This document shows, piece by piece, positions 62,820 through 64,000 of a DNA stretch of 64,000 nt. The notes beneath the pieces are model-generated. The model worked only from the letters and a program-made list of their open reading frames with translations, did no database searches and was not told the DNA's origin. This stretch comes from Opitutales bacterium (GTDB taxonomy: Bacteria; Verrucomicrobiota; Verrucomicrobiia; Opitutales; PNEW01): NCBI GenBank assembly GCA_965197745.1, contig CBDANS010000004.1:32001-96000 (forward strand). The letters are read 5' to 3'. The position numbers and the translations under genes are program-made. Position 1 is the first letter of the stretch; each line of letters starts with the position of its first letter.

Positions 62820-64000
62820 ATGTGTGGCATTGTAGGATTCACGGGGTTTTCACTTAAGGAAAATATATTACAGGAGGCGGTCGATACCCTTCATCATCGA
62901 GGACCCGACGGGAGCGGAACTTATATTGATCCTGATATTCCCGTTGGGCTGGGCCATGCGCGCTTATCGGTCATCGACCTTGAAACCGGAGACCAACCCC
63001 TCTATGCCCGAAACGGAGAATTGGTGCTGGTTTGCAATGGCGAGATTTACGAATTCGAACGGCTCCGCGATGAACTCATAACGCTCGGCCATACCTTCAA
63101 TACGCAAAGTGATTCCGAAGTGATTCTTCATCTTTACATGGAATACGGGATGGAATTCGTTCACTTCCTTCGCGGAGAATTCGCGTTTCTTTTGCTCGAC
63201 AAAGCACAGAACCAATTAATTGCGGTTCGAGACCGATTTGGTATTAAACCGCTTTATTTTAGTGGGGAGGAAGGGAATTTTGTCTTTGCCTCGGAGGCGA
63301 AAGCCCTTTTCGCAACCGGATGCCTTCAAGCCAAGATCGATCCGATAGCGGTCAGAGATTTTCTCTGCGGAATCTTTCCCGATTCCATTTTTGAAGGGGT
63401 TCAGATAGTTCCACCGGGATGCCTGATGCAGGTGCATCTCGAAAATGGGCGGCATGAGGTGCTTCAATACTGGGATTTGGATTTTAAACCCGAAGCTGAA
63501 ATCGAAGATGACAAAAGTTTAGAGCACTATACCCGCACTGTCCATGATACTCTTGATGAAACGGTGCGGCTCCGTTTGCGGGCGGATGTTCCGGTTGGCG
63601 TATACCTGAGCGGGGGAATTGATTCATCGGTTGTCGCGGCCTCCATGGCTCGTCAGCATTCCGGTCCAATTAAAGCCTTTACCATTACCTTTCCTGAGGA
63701 CGAGAAATTCAATGAATCTCGATTGGCGAAAGACATGGCTGAAAAGATTGGAGCGGAATTTCATTCCATAACCTGCGATCATTCCACCCTGATGCAGAAC
63801 ATGGAGGATTGTCTGTGGGGCTCTGAATTGCCTTTTCTCAATTTTCATGGTGTTGGCAAGTTCCTCCTCTCGCGTCTGGCGCAACAACATGTCAAAGTGG
63901 TTTTGACCGGAGAAGGCTCGGATGAGATTTTTCTGGGTTATGTTTGTTTTCAACCCGGCAAGGGCGCTATTAGCCACCAGATGGAAAACCGGCTAAGGAA
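62820..64000 (+). CDS. asnB: Asparagine synthase (glutamine-hydrolysing) family, partial (runs off the window)
   Basis: ATG 62820: MCGIVGF...HRGPDG...LGHARLSVID...NGEIY...RDRFGIKPLY...LRADVPVGVYLSGGIDSS...KVVLTGEGSDE. Absent from the ORF track because there is no stop in the window. Confidence 0.93.
   Translation, partial: MCGIVGFTGFSLKENILQEAVDTLHHRGPDGSGTYIDPDIPVGLGHARLSVIDLETGDQPLYARNGELVLVCNGEIYEFERLRDELITLGHTFNTQSDSEVILHLYMEYGMEFVHFLRGEFAFLLLDKAQNQLIAVRDRFGIKPLYFSGEEGNFVFASEAKALFATGCLQAKIDPIAVRDFLCGIFPDSIFEGVQIVPPGCLMQVHLENGRHEVLQYWDLDFKPEAEIEDDKSLEHYTRTVHDTLDETVRLRLRADVPVGVYLSGGIDSSVVAASMARQHSGPIKAFTITFPEDEKFNESRLAKDMAEKIGAEFHSITCDHSTLMQNMEDCLWGSELPFLNFHGVGKFLLSRLAQQHVKVVLTGEGSDEIFLGYVCFQPGKGAISHQMENRLR

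Noticed and set aside
62964..63977. Four minus-strand ORFs in the track
   Set aside because: Shadows of the plus-strand asnB gene.
1..64000. CRISPR array, rRNA, complete tRNA, retron or DGR reverse transcriptase
   Set aside because: No regularly spaced repeat-spacer units, no complete cloverleaf and no RT motifs were seen.

Overview
Bacterial window, probably Verrucomicrobiota/Opitutae; this assignment is an inference from protein style only. It has two halves. (1) About 1-35.2 kb is a heavily shuffled accessory island. It carries roughly 18 IS3-family copies, fragments or orphan ends, and none of the two-ended copies shows a target-site duplication. These separate unrelated cargo: a small serine-recombinase operon, a P4-type integrase remnant, a KAP P-loop NTPase, a SIR2-like fragment, several PD-(D/E)xK-type nucleases, GNATs, a mosaic secreted serine protease, an M48 peptidase, an FGE/SUMF1 protein, an S1/P1 nuclease, and SEL1 and collagen remnants. 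The island ends at a tRNA 3'-end fragment (35221-35244) with neighbouring arm-like repeats. (2) About 35.5-64 kb is mostly ordinary chromosome: kelch-SSS transporter fusion, split porin, comF, accD, folC, purA, pncB/pncA, type IV pilin/PilB cluster, nhaC, DmpA peptidase, MFS, amidase, two amidohydrolases and asnB (runs off the end). The most unusual signals are: a conserved 32-nt insert with two GCGAAGC mini-hairpin motifs inside the DDE region of three diverged IS3 transposases, plus a related 23-nt insert; 47-49-bp direct repeats bracketing single cargo genes; a coupled five-gene serine-recombinase operon of unknown function; and long inverted repeats built of 7-nt units. No CRISPR array, rRNA or complete tRNA was seen. 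Several frameshifts fall in homopolymers and may be sequencing errors.
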